Assembly (NCBI GenBank): GCA_050273025.1
Contig: CP158636.1
Location: forward strand, 5,642,001-5,706,000
From: Cenococcum geophilum
Lineage: Eukaryota
Direction: 5' to 3'
Length of the DNA stretch: 64,000 bases
Part shown: one piece after another, positions 53,655-64,000 of the stretch
Numbering within the stretch: position 1 is the first letter of the stretch
Layout of the letters: every line of letters begins with the position of its first letter
The notes under the pieces: generated by a model
Told to the model about the DNA's origin: nothing
Database searches by the model: none
The model's input: only the letters and a program-made list of their open reading frames with translations
Made by a program: the position numbers and the translations under genes

Positions 53655-54322
53655 GGAGCTTCGTGTAGAGCCTCCGTACGCAGAGCTTCGCGTAGAGCCT
53701 CGTGCAGAGCCTCTGTACGTAGAGCTTTGCGCAGAGTTTCGTGTAGAGCTTCGTGTAGAGCTTCGTGCAGAGCTTCGTGCAGAGTCTTAGTAGAGCTTTG
53801 TGTAGAGCTTCGTGCAGAGCTTCGTGTAGAGCTTCGTGTAGGGCTTCGTGTAGAGCTTCGTGTAGAGCTTCGTGCAGAGCCTCTGTACGCAGAGCTTCGT
53901 GCAGAGCTTCGTGTAGAACTTCGTGCAGAGCTTCGTGCAGAACTTCGTGTAGAGCTTCGTGCAGAACTTCGTGTAGAGCTTCGTGTAGAGCTTCGTGCAG
54001 AGCCTCGTGCAGAGCTTCGTGCAGAGCTTCGTGTAGAACTTCGTGCAGAGCTTCGTGCAGAACTTCGTGTAGAGCTTCGTGTAGAGCTTCGTGCAGAGCC
54101 TTGTGCAGAGCTTCGTGCAGAGCCTCTGTACGCAGAGCTTCGTGCAGAGCTTCGTGTAGAACTTCGTGCAGAGCTTTGTGTAGAACTTCGTGTAGAGCTT
54201 CGTGTAGAACTTTGTGTAGAGCTTTGTGTAGAGCTTCGTATAGAGCTTCGTGTAGAGCTTCGTGCAGAGCTTTGTGTGGAGCTTCGTGCAGAGCTTCGTG
54301 TAGAGCTTCGTGCGGAGCTTCT
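53655..54322. repeat. 12-bp minisatellite (AGAGCTTCGTGC/T) x~50
   Basis: Directly visible, with occasional 15-bp variant units. Produces the overlapping HEAL/RASC/VELR/ARSS ORFs. Confidence 0.95.
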
Positions 54323-54485
54323 GCGTATTTGTAGCAATTTGCGGTAATTTGCAGCAATTCGCATAGGCTACTTATAAGTAGCTGCGTATTTATAGCAATT
54401 TGCACAGGCTACTTATAAGTAGCTGCGTATTTGTAGCAATTTGCATAGGCTACTTATACGTAGCTGCGTGTTTGTAGCAATTTGC
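54322..54485. repeat. 41-bp tandem repeat, ~3-4 copies
   Basis: GCTGCGT..AGCAATTTGCATAGGCTACTTATAAGTA starts at 54381, 54422 and 54463. Confidence 0.85.
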
Positions 54486-57400
54486 TGCGAATCGCCGCAA
54501 ATTGCGACTTACGCAGGTTTTGCAGACCCCGATTTTCGCTTGCAACAACGTGCCCAAAAAAAATTTTCCTGATGAGTTGGTGTATACGATTGTAGGGATA
54601 ATAGGAAGTTCAAGTCGATCTATAATTATCTTTAGGGTAGTTCCAATTGCAATTGCTATATTAACTCCGCTAACTATTCTATATATCTCTAACGCTAAAA
54701 TACTTCGGGTAATACGCTTGCTCTTAGTTAAGCTTTAATAGATAAGATTACCATAGATTATAAAGTTATTCTCTCCTATAAATTTATTCGCGATAATAAT
54801 CTTATATCCCAACTAGGAGCTAAAATCTTTATTATTTACGAACGATCTATTAATAAATACAAAGAGCTTAGCGGTAGGAAGATTAATAGGCACGTAGAGT
54901 AGTCCCTAATTAAGATGGTTTATTTGCTAGGAAAAACGTTTATTTAAGGCAAGAACGTCATCCTTAGTTAGTTCCTAGTGTTGGGCAGCAATAGAGAGAT
55001 TAAATAAAGCCTTAGGTTAATAGATAGAAGCAATATAAGCTCCGCAAGCGCGTTGCTCCACGTATCCTTGCTTTAGGGAATTAACGTTAATAACGTCGAT
55101 CTTCTTACCTTAACCCTTTTAGCGATTACTTTAAAATAAACCTCTACGAGGGCCTCTACCTTTGCCTTATAGTCGTTAATTGTACCCTCTGCTATATTAC
55201 CTACCCCGGCCACTATATGTTCGATTAGTCTAGTTATAATTATATTAGTTAGGCGGGTTAATTAAAGTAGGTTAAAGTTAGGCGTTAAATTGCTATACTT
55301 CTTAAGAGCGTAAAGCGGTGCTAATAGAAGATCTTAATTAAGCACACACTCCTTTATAAGTATTTGTAGGATTAAAAAGAGCAAGGTTATATTCTTTAAC
55401 ACCTTAGTATACACTAATAACTTAATCACGTAGGCTAAAGTTCTCTTAATATGATTCGGATAATCCACGCTAAATTATTTAAAGTTAATTAAAGAGCTTT
55501 TAAAGATAATCAAGCCAAGGGACACCTGGGTTTGTAGTAATAATCTTTAAAAAAGTAGTCTCTCTCCATTCTAACATATACTGCTACTTATTCTCTTTTA
55601 TTTTAAAGTAGTATCTTAACTTATATATTATGCGGTTAAAATTATATCCTTTTTCTACCAAACGATTATAATAGAAGGTACTAGCTTAGCCCTTAAGCAT
55701 AACGGAATAGGCGTTGTGGTATTAATTAGACTCTATTCCCACCTTTTAGTAACAATTATAGAAGATATGTAGTTTTAAATTAAGAACATTATATAATTCC
55801 TTGCTAAACTTCTTCTCCTAATCTAAATAGAGCTTCGTAAGCTCTGTAAGCAATTTTAAACTACCTCCGATTTAAGATTAAAATAGAGAAAGTAGGGGTT
55901 GCATTATAGGCTGTAGTGGGGATATAGGTCTAGTTAGTAGAGTCCAAAGGTTATTAAATCGCGAAGTAATAGGATCCTGTGCCTGCTCTTGTTGGGGTAT
56001 AGTATCTGACGTTAAGGTTACGGGTTAAATTAGATATAAAGGAGTTAAAGGCGGAGGTAGGTTCGTCTCTAGAGGTGTATTACTTAGGTTCCATTATAAG
56101 TTAAGCTTCCTTATAGTGCGTAGTTGGTGCTTAATCTCTTATAGAGTCCATTCATGCTCTTCTTTTACGTTAATAACCTACTCCTAAATATTATCTCTAA
56201 TAGTACCCCTATCCTTAGGGATAAATACTCTATTCTCCTAAAGGAAGTTACGGAAGTCCTATACGATATCCTTGTTTATAGGGGCCTATATTTCCTTTAT
56301 CTATCTAACAAAGTCCTCCTTTATATATTCCTATAGCGTAGTATTATTATATTCACTATCCTTATAATATGCCATATAGTATAATAAAAATCCATTTAAG
56401 TCTTGTTTATTAGTGTTTATAAGGTTAATTATAGCTTTGTTTTATATCTTTAGGTTAATATCTTCCTTATACTTCTTTAGGTAGGTTAACGCTATAGTAG
56501 GTATAGAATTAACGGGGTGTTATACATTAAAGGTAGGTAGGATTTTCGGTTTTGTAGGATCTTATAGGTTTACTATCAAGAGGTAGGCAATTTAAGATGT
56601 TATTTAACGCGTTTTGGACATTAACTTAGGACCCTAGGTTTAGTAATACTTCTAACCTAAAGTACTTAACCAAATCTTTATAAACGTGGTTGTTCTATAT
56701 AATAGACGCAACTTGGTATCTCCTAGTACTTAGTAACACTTCTATTACTAGTTTTCCGCAAGTCTAAGGTAGCACAGTATTGCCAGGATCCATTCCATAT
56801 AAGCGCATATAGCACCCCTATACGAGACTATCTCTTCTATTTAAAAACCTAGCTGCTCTATAGTTAACTGTGTATTCAACCACTGATTAGTGTTGGTTAC
56901 ATAGGGTGACTTACCAATAACGACTACTCGAGTAGGGTTACAGTGATGTTAGTTAATAAAGCTTATTAATTGAAAATGAGGAAGAGCGAGGAGCTTAAGG
57001 CTCCTCGCCACGCTAGTGCCGCGGCTACACGTAACCATACGTGATATATTCCCGATAATATTAGAGGCACGTGCCCATAGTATATAGTCTTTACAATTCC
57101 AGAGGCCTTACCTCCTTAAGGATTTATCTCTTTTACTAATCTATTCTATTCCATAATTGTATCTTTATAGCCCCCTGTCTACGAAGTCCCCTTATACTAT
57201 TATAGTACTTTAATGCTACTAGGGAAAATGTATGGGTTATAGTAGTCCTCTAGCTGCTAAATAGATGGGAAACTCTTAGCACTATCTTTACCCTAGTAGT
57301 TAAATAAGTAAAAGGCTATTATAGAAAGAGGGTAGAGAATAGGGGTAGTATTACGCATATAGCCTATATACTTAACCTTACTATGCTAACTCTACTTCCC

Positions 57401-57661
57401 TTATATTATTAATATAACCATATACGGCGCCAACTTGTTTAGTTTAGGCCCTTTATTCTCTAGTTTAATAAAGATAAGGTTAGTAAGCTAAATACCCTAT
57501 CTACTCTTACCCTAGGTAATAGTAGTATAGCCTAAGAAATAGGTTAAAAAACGGCGGCTATAAATAGTCTATATAGACCGGATAGGGTATATAGTAGTAG
57601 TAATATATAAACCTAATAAATACTTAGCGGCGGTTTAAAGGTAAGACTTAACTAAGCCTGG

Positions 57662-60600
57662 TGTTACGGACGCTTTAAGTACAATATTACGACTACTTAG
57701 AGAAGAGATAGAAGAAGCTAGTTGGTTAATATAAGCATAGTCTAGGATGAAGCCGATAGAACTATATGACGAGGAATAGTAACTAAGGTTATATAACGTG
57801 CTACGTATTAAACAAGAGGCATAGGAGGAACTTATATACCTTATATATAAGACGTATATTATATATAAAAAGGATTTTATAGGAGTACAGTTGTGTATTT
57901 AAGGACCCTTAGTCCCTACCTAAATAGTTCCTTCCTTATAGTGATTCTTAGAATACAATTGGAGTTAATCTATTAGGCAACCACTCTACCAGTTATTATT
58001 ACGTTGTTAACTACTATCTTTGCATTTCTTATATACCTAGCCCATTAACGAGCCTATTGTAGTTCCTGCTATAAGGTTCCGTTATACAATTACTACCTAG
58101 TTATAGTATTAAATATAAAAAGTTAAATAACATACTACTAAAAGCAGCCACTACAACGCTATTAACGGCGGTAACTACTTTGAGGTTAGGTAACGACACT
58201 AGTATAGCAGATACTGACTTATAGCAACTTATAACGGTCGGACAACTATAAGAGATAGTTGACTAGTTAACAGAAAATAATGTAATATTAGAAAATAGGA
58301 TTAACGGAATAGGCGCAGTAAAGGTTAAGTTACTATTAATTAAAAGATTCTTAGGAGAGAAGTTTAAGCTTAAAGGATTCCTTATATAAATACACTTTAA
58401 GGTTACGTAAGAAGGAGTAAAGCTAGCAACACCTATAGATTAAATAGCGTATGTAGGATTATTCTTAATAGGAAGAGTATTTAAATAGTTTAAGCCTTAC
58501 CTTATAGAAATCTAGGTAAATAGAATAACAACTATAAACTAAAAGGTACGGTTTATGTTTTTAAGCTAGAATGGATTTATGGAGCGACTTATACAGATAT
58601 TTAAAGACCTAGAGGCAGTAACTATAGCGAAAAGAAAACTCTAAGATATTACGTAACGAACCTTAGTAATTAAATATATAACGCAGTTCCAGATATTAGT
58701 AACGTAAGTAAAGTAGAATAATAGGGCACTTATAGCATAGTACAAACAGGGACTTAAGGCTAAAGTTTAGGACGTAATTATCCTAATAGAAGATGCGGAC
58801 ACCCGAAGGGAATTAATAGATTAAGTAATTAAGATTAACAATCGGATCTACTAAAGGGAATAGGCTAAGAGAGGTTAGGATAGAGTTCTATAGTTATATA
58901 AGGCGCAAAGTACGTAATGACTAAAGCTAAGTTAAAAACTATAGTATGGCGTAAAGCTAATAGACCTAAGTAGTACTAAAGAAGCCTATAAGAGATGGAG
59001 TAAACGACTATAGAAACCCAGAGGATAAGGATTAAGTGATTAAAGGTCTAAGGAGCAGAGGCTAAATTAGGGATCTTAATAGTAGAAGATATTTAGGCGG
59101 ACTCTATAATAAGAAAAATAGTTTAAAGAAGGAGCTTATATAAATTGCGGAAAATAGGGTTATTATATTAAAGACTATAGAAGTAGGTAGAGTTACTACG
59201 TAGTAAAAGGGATAAGACTAGTAGACGATATATATATATAGAGGGATAATAATATGCTGCGAGGAACAAAAGAATATTTAATTAAAAGTTTTGTGTTTTG
59301 TTATAATAACATATACCAAATTTATAAGGACGCTAAGTACGGCGTAAGCTATTAGCTATAAGAGCTATATTTAGCAGAATATAAAGGAACTAATAAACTA
59401 GTTCGTAGATTGGATATTAAGGACGATAAATTTAATATAGGTGAAATATTCCGTAACGATAAGGCAATAAAGGCGGTTTATTAGGAATACGTAGCTATCG
59501 GAGATGTTATACTAAAGGTAGAGGATAATTCTACTACAGAATAGGGAATATTAGTAGGGATTAAGACCCTACTAGATATGATGTTTATCGCTTTGCGAGA
59601 TATAAGAGAAGTAGGATAGCGAGCTACTTTAGCATTTAATAAAGGCTAAAGGCTAAAGGCTTAAGATTTTTAAGATAAGATGTGAGATAACTAAGATTCT
59701 TAAGATGAGATAAGGTAAGCTTAAGGACCTATAATAGACGATAACCGATAGAGTAGAGTAACAGCTTAGTTTAGTGACATATAAATAAGCTTAGGATGAA
59801 GTTTCTTAAAGGTATAAGATTCTTAAGATAAGATAAGTAAGATTTAAGACTCTTAAGATAAGATAAGAACACCTAAGCCTAGTTAGACTAAGGCTAGAGC
59901 TAAGCTTAAGTTAGAAGTAAGCTTAGGATTAAAGAATCTAAGGGGTTAAGAATTCGGAGTATAAATAAGGACATCTATAAGTAAGGGGTAAGTGGCTTCT
60001 TTATAGATTAGGGAATCTATAGCGCAAATAGCGATTAGATTAGGAGATAGGTATATAGACCTAGAAGACTTACTAGGAGAACGTAGTATTTAGCCTAAAG
60101 ATTAAAAAGTTAATACTAAGATTAAGAAGTAAGACGACTTTAAGGATTAGTTTATAAGACGCAAACCAAAAGAAACTATAGAAGAGTTTAGGTAGAGAAT
60201 TATTGTATAGCAAGAATAGAAACTAGATAAGAGATTTAGTATATTAGGACGTATAAGGGATAGAGCGCTAGTACAAAGAATTACTAATAGGCTGAAGGTA
60301 GGCACACTAAGAGCTAAGTAGCTTACCGAACTAGAAAACGAAGAGGATTTAGGAATTCCTACTAGGTTTAAAGAACGACATATAAAGGGCTGTTACGATA
60401 TAGTAATAAGAAGATACTTCCTTATAGACAAGCCGTATATACTCTAGCAGCTATACTAAAAGTGGTATAAACAGCGACACAACAACAAGTAGGAAGATTT
60501 CTATATATAGTTAGATAAAAAAGTTATTTAGGACCACCTAATTATAGAAAAGGCTATAACTCATATTAAGGGAGCCTTAATTATAATATTAAAGGATCTA

Positions 60601-62174
60601 GAGAAATGATTAGAGGACTAGAAAAGTAAGAGACGTATTTTAGTACCTATAAATAAAGTTATAAAGTTTAGATTAGCATAATAAAGGTTTAAACTTAAGG
60701 ATAAAGACGAGCTAAGAGTTAACCTAAAGCACCTAGTATACTATATACTATTATAGATTATATACGTAAATAATATATATAAAATATATAAAAATCTAAA
60801 GGAAAAGAATCGGAAATACCCTATAAGGATATACTAGATAATAGATAAGTAATAGTATAGAAATGCTAAATATATATATAGATGGCATCTAGTAGAAGTT
60901 TAAGAGAAAGGAGATTTAATACTTTAGCTAGGAAGATTCCTTATGGAAGAATGCTTAAACGGATAATAGTAGTAGAAATGCCTAGAGAACACGTGTCTAT
61001 AGCATATTAAAGATAAAAAGTAAACTAGGTATTGGCTAAAAAGTAAGTTAAGTATAATAGGATTAAGCAGCTAATAGTTAGGAAAAGTAGAGGCCTACGG
61101 GACTAAAGGGAGCCAGTAGTAGAGCCTTAAACCCTTAAAGGAATTTAAGGACAACACCTAAATTTACAAGTTAAATAGTAAGATTAGCAGTTTAAAGCGC
61201 TAATAGATAATAGAGTAACGCGAAACTATATCTTACTAGTAGTAGTTAAAAGAATGGGTTTACCTTATAGATAGAAGGAGTAATTTTACCTATTAGTTAT
61301 AATTTTAGGAGATCTAATAGTCTATAGAGGAGGGATTATTAATCTTAAAATAGGACCTATTTAGATAACCATTAAAGGAAGATAAATTAAGATGTCTTTT
61401 AATATCCTACTATTGGGACGGGGTAAGGCAGTATTAGGGATATTATAGTTACAGAAATACAATCTAAGGATTAATTAGATTACAGGTTAGGTTAATATTA
61501 GGGATACTTAATGCCATAAGATGTAATAGCAAGCTAAGTTGGTATAGTACTAAGTTAGAGTAATATATAAAGAGACTAAGTAAGGCTTAAGTTACGTACT
61601 AAAGAGATACCACAAGTATAGTAAGAAACTATAGTTACTAAAGAGTAAAAAGCTAGTAGAGTATATAGTATAGGACTATAAGATAGAATTAGAACTAGAA
61701 ATAAGTTTAAGGTTTTTTTTAATTTATAAGCTTACTAAAGAAGAGGGTAGAGCACTAAAAGAGTTTATCTAAGAAAATCTATAAAAGGGATATATTAGAC
61801 TATCGCAGTTATTAGCGGGTTATCCAGTACTATTTATACTAAAGAAGAATGGTAAACTAAGGCTGTGTATTAACTATAAATAGTTAAACAGCATTACTAG
61901 AAAGGATAGGTATCCTTTACCCTTAATTAGCGAAATCTAAGATAGGATAAGTAATGCGTAAATCTTTATAAAGATAGATCTAAAATGGGCGTACTATTAG
62001 ATTAGGATTAAGGAAGGCGACGAATAAAAGGCAGCCTTTAGGTTAAAGGAAGGACTATATAAACTATTAGTTATGCAATTTAGGCTTATAAACGCACTAG
62101 CAACGTTCTAGAAGCATATTAATAATATATTAAAAGAACACTTAGATAAATTTGTTATAGTATACCTTAATAAT
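57662..62174 (+). mobile_element. Gypsy-B copy (5' LTR 57662-58086, gag with extension, PR, RT up to YLDD), interrupted
   Basis: Colinear with 39656-44167; stops at TACCTTAATAAT. Confidence 0.9.
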
Positions 62175-64000
62175 TGTCGGAACATTAATCACGTGACGTA
62201 GTCACGGGACTACGAAGCGAGACTAACTGTCTGACCTTGGAGCAACCCCTTTCTTCTAAACAACAATTAACTACTAACTTCAACACCGCATACGTACCAC
62301 TATAAGTAATATTCGTGCACGTTAATAAAGCAAGTATACTAACACTGATTAGTAGACGTATAGATTAGGAAATACGTAATAGTAAAGCTTAAAACCACGT
62401 ATTAGCTTAACTGCTAACGCGTTAAATCACAGAGCTATCGCCCTATTTTAGTTAAAGGAGAAAACTACGTTACCCTCAAAGCTTAAAACCACGTATTAGC
62501 TTAACTGCTAACGTATTAGATTGCCTAGAGAACCATATTTTTACTTAGAGAGAGCTACGTTATCCTTAAAGCTTAAGACCACGTATCAGCTCGCTGATAC
62601 GTTAAATCGCCTAGAGGACCCTTAAAGCTTAAAACCACGTATCAACTTAACTATTAACGCGTTAGATCGCCTAGAGGACTATATCTTTGCTAAGAATCGT
62701 CTATAGTGTCTAAGAACTGTAAATTCGTTAATAGGACACGTATATACCTTTACACTCTTACTTTAATACTTAAACGACGACCTACCCTTATACCTACCCT
62801 TATACTTATAACTATGGCATAAATAGAGGAAGAATAGGCCGTAATGGCCAGTAAATATAGATACGGAATTAATGCAAATAAGGCTATAAAGGATGAACTA
62901 GTAGAGTTTGTATAGACGATAATATACCTAATATAAGACTTTATAGATAATAACTTATAGACCATCTTTTAAGAGCAGTTTAAAGGGTTTATAGTAGAGA
63001 ACTTTAAGAAAATACGCATAGATACCAGATCTAAGCTGCGAAAATATCTCCTTAAAGGAGGTATATACGTAGGCAAACCTAGCAATAGAGTTACTATATC
63101 TGAACTGTTATTTAAAGTTATATAACAAGAAGAGCTGTATTAATAGATAGATGAGGAGATCGTAGTAACTATTAAGGAGTTGGCAGAACCACTAGCTATA
63201 AGAGCACTATAAAATAGGTTAAACCACACTTATAACGGTCTATCGGCTTAGCATACAGCTATAGTTGCAATACCACCTAGGTCTGGTACGCAAATACCCG
63301 TATTTATACCTCCAGCCCTACCACTAACTGCTCCGCCAATTCCACCAGCTACTCTAATTGCTACACCACTAGCTACTCCAATTGCTACCCCCGCTACCCC
63401 TATTACCCCTCTTAGTCCTTAATCCCCTAATTATAAACAAATCCACGCTCTTATTGACTAACTATTATAGCCAAAAGAATAGCAACTACAGCAGCTACAG
63501 CAGCCGCAGTAACTGCAGCAGCTATATATATATACACTACCTAAACTAGCTATACCTAGTGTAGAGCAAGGACCTAAACAAGGACCTATATATAGTAAAG
63601 AGGTGGCCATAATTATAAAGATCTATACAAACGACTAAAAGTACAATAGAGTTAGTGACAGCTTTAACTTTAAGTTAATTATCTTCTACAACATCTATAA
63701 GAGATCTAGCTTGCCACTAGAAGGCTATATAGTAGCATTCCCTAGCATGCTAAAAGGGCTTACTTAGGACCACTACTATAATAACAACCTTAAGTTAAAA
63801 CCTTTTACTAAAGCCTATAACTACATATAACAGTTCTTTAAAGGGCCAGAATACTACCATAAAAACCTTATAGAGTAGAATAGTATAACCCTTTAAGAAG
63901 ATATAGACGAGAACCCTAATAAGTTAATCTATTAGAACTTCCAACTGCTTATAAATAAACTGCTAAAGCAATATTATAGACTACACCTAGACTTCTATAC
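62175..64000 (+). mobile_element. Copia-C element, 5' part (LTR 62175-62344, leader repeats, gag from ~62813), runs off the window
   Basis: TGTCGGAAC...CTAACA followed by CTGATTAGT, similar to the post-LTR sequence of Copia-A. Gag motifs QKYDGVSDSFDFKLTIFYDIC..AFPSMLKGLAQDHYY. Confidence 0.82.
62384..62690. repeat. Four imperfect tandem copies of an AAAGCTTAAAACCACGTATTAGCTTAACTGCTAACG unit in the Copia-C leader
   Basis: Starts near 62384, 62478, 62568 and 62624. Confidence 0.85.

Larger units (their letters stand above)
52239..54574. mobile_element. Non-autonomous DNA transposon with ~33-bp TIRs and a 2-bp TSD (CMC/EnSpm-like)
   Basis: CATCAGGAAATTTTTTTTTGGGCTCGTTGTTGC ... GCAACAACGTGCCCAAAAAAAATTTTCCTGATG. 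Removing it plus one AG restores the Copia RNase H sequence (compare 21450-21480). Subterminal GCAATTTGCGG repeats. Confidence 0.85.
51451..57057 (-). mobile_element. Copia-A-related element with an internal deletion (protease, integrase and most of RT missing), carrying a TIR insertion
   Basis: ~166-bp LTRs at 51451-51616 and 56891-57057. Reverse-complement homology to Copia-A gag and RNase H, with a gag-to-RT junction at ~55124. No matching TSD. Confidence 0.88.

Noticed and set aside
53361..54322. CRISPR-like array
   Set aside because: Head-to-tail repeats with no unique spacers, no cas genes, fungal context.
14787..62965. Remaining short ORF-track entries (I/L/Y/K-rich, 60-100 aa)
   Set aside because: Chance or antisense fragments of RIPped retroelement sequence.

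Overview
AT-rich, transposon-dense block from a filamentous ascomycete. Almost everything shows the repeat-induced point mutation (RIP) signature (CpA/TpG turned into TpA, so Gln/Trp codons become stops). The ORF track is therefore nearly empty, and the coding relics only become readable after mentally reversing C>T/G>A changes. The window is a stack of nested LTR retrotransposons: four Gypsy families (called A-D here) and three Copia families, several with exact LTR pairs and 5-bp TSDs. A non-autonomous TIR element (2-bp TSD) full of minisatellites sits inside one Copia and itself holds a small piggyBac-like insert. Other relics are a RIP-inactivated RecQ-like helicase gene, a DUF7924-like pseudogene, and a ~1.7-kb lightly RIPped island with a possible spliced orphan gene. 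The two most unusual observations are (i) a ~170-bp palindrome/CCAAT module shared between unrelated Copia and Gypsy elements and (ii) a ~1070-codon extra ORF downstream of pol in Gypsy-A that resembles a 2OG-Fe(II)/PhyH-like fold protein. All protein family calls come from hand reading and motif recall, not from database searches. Coordinates of degenerate ORFs are approximate.
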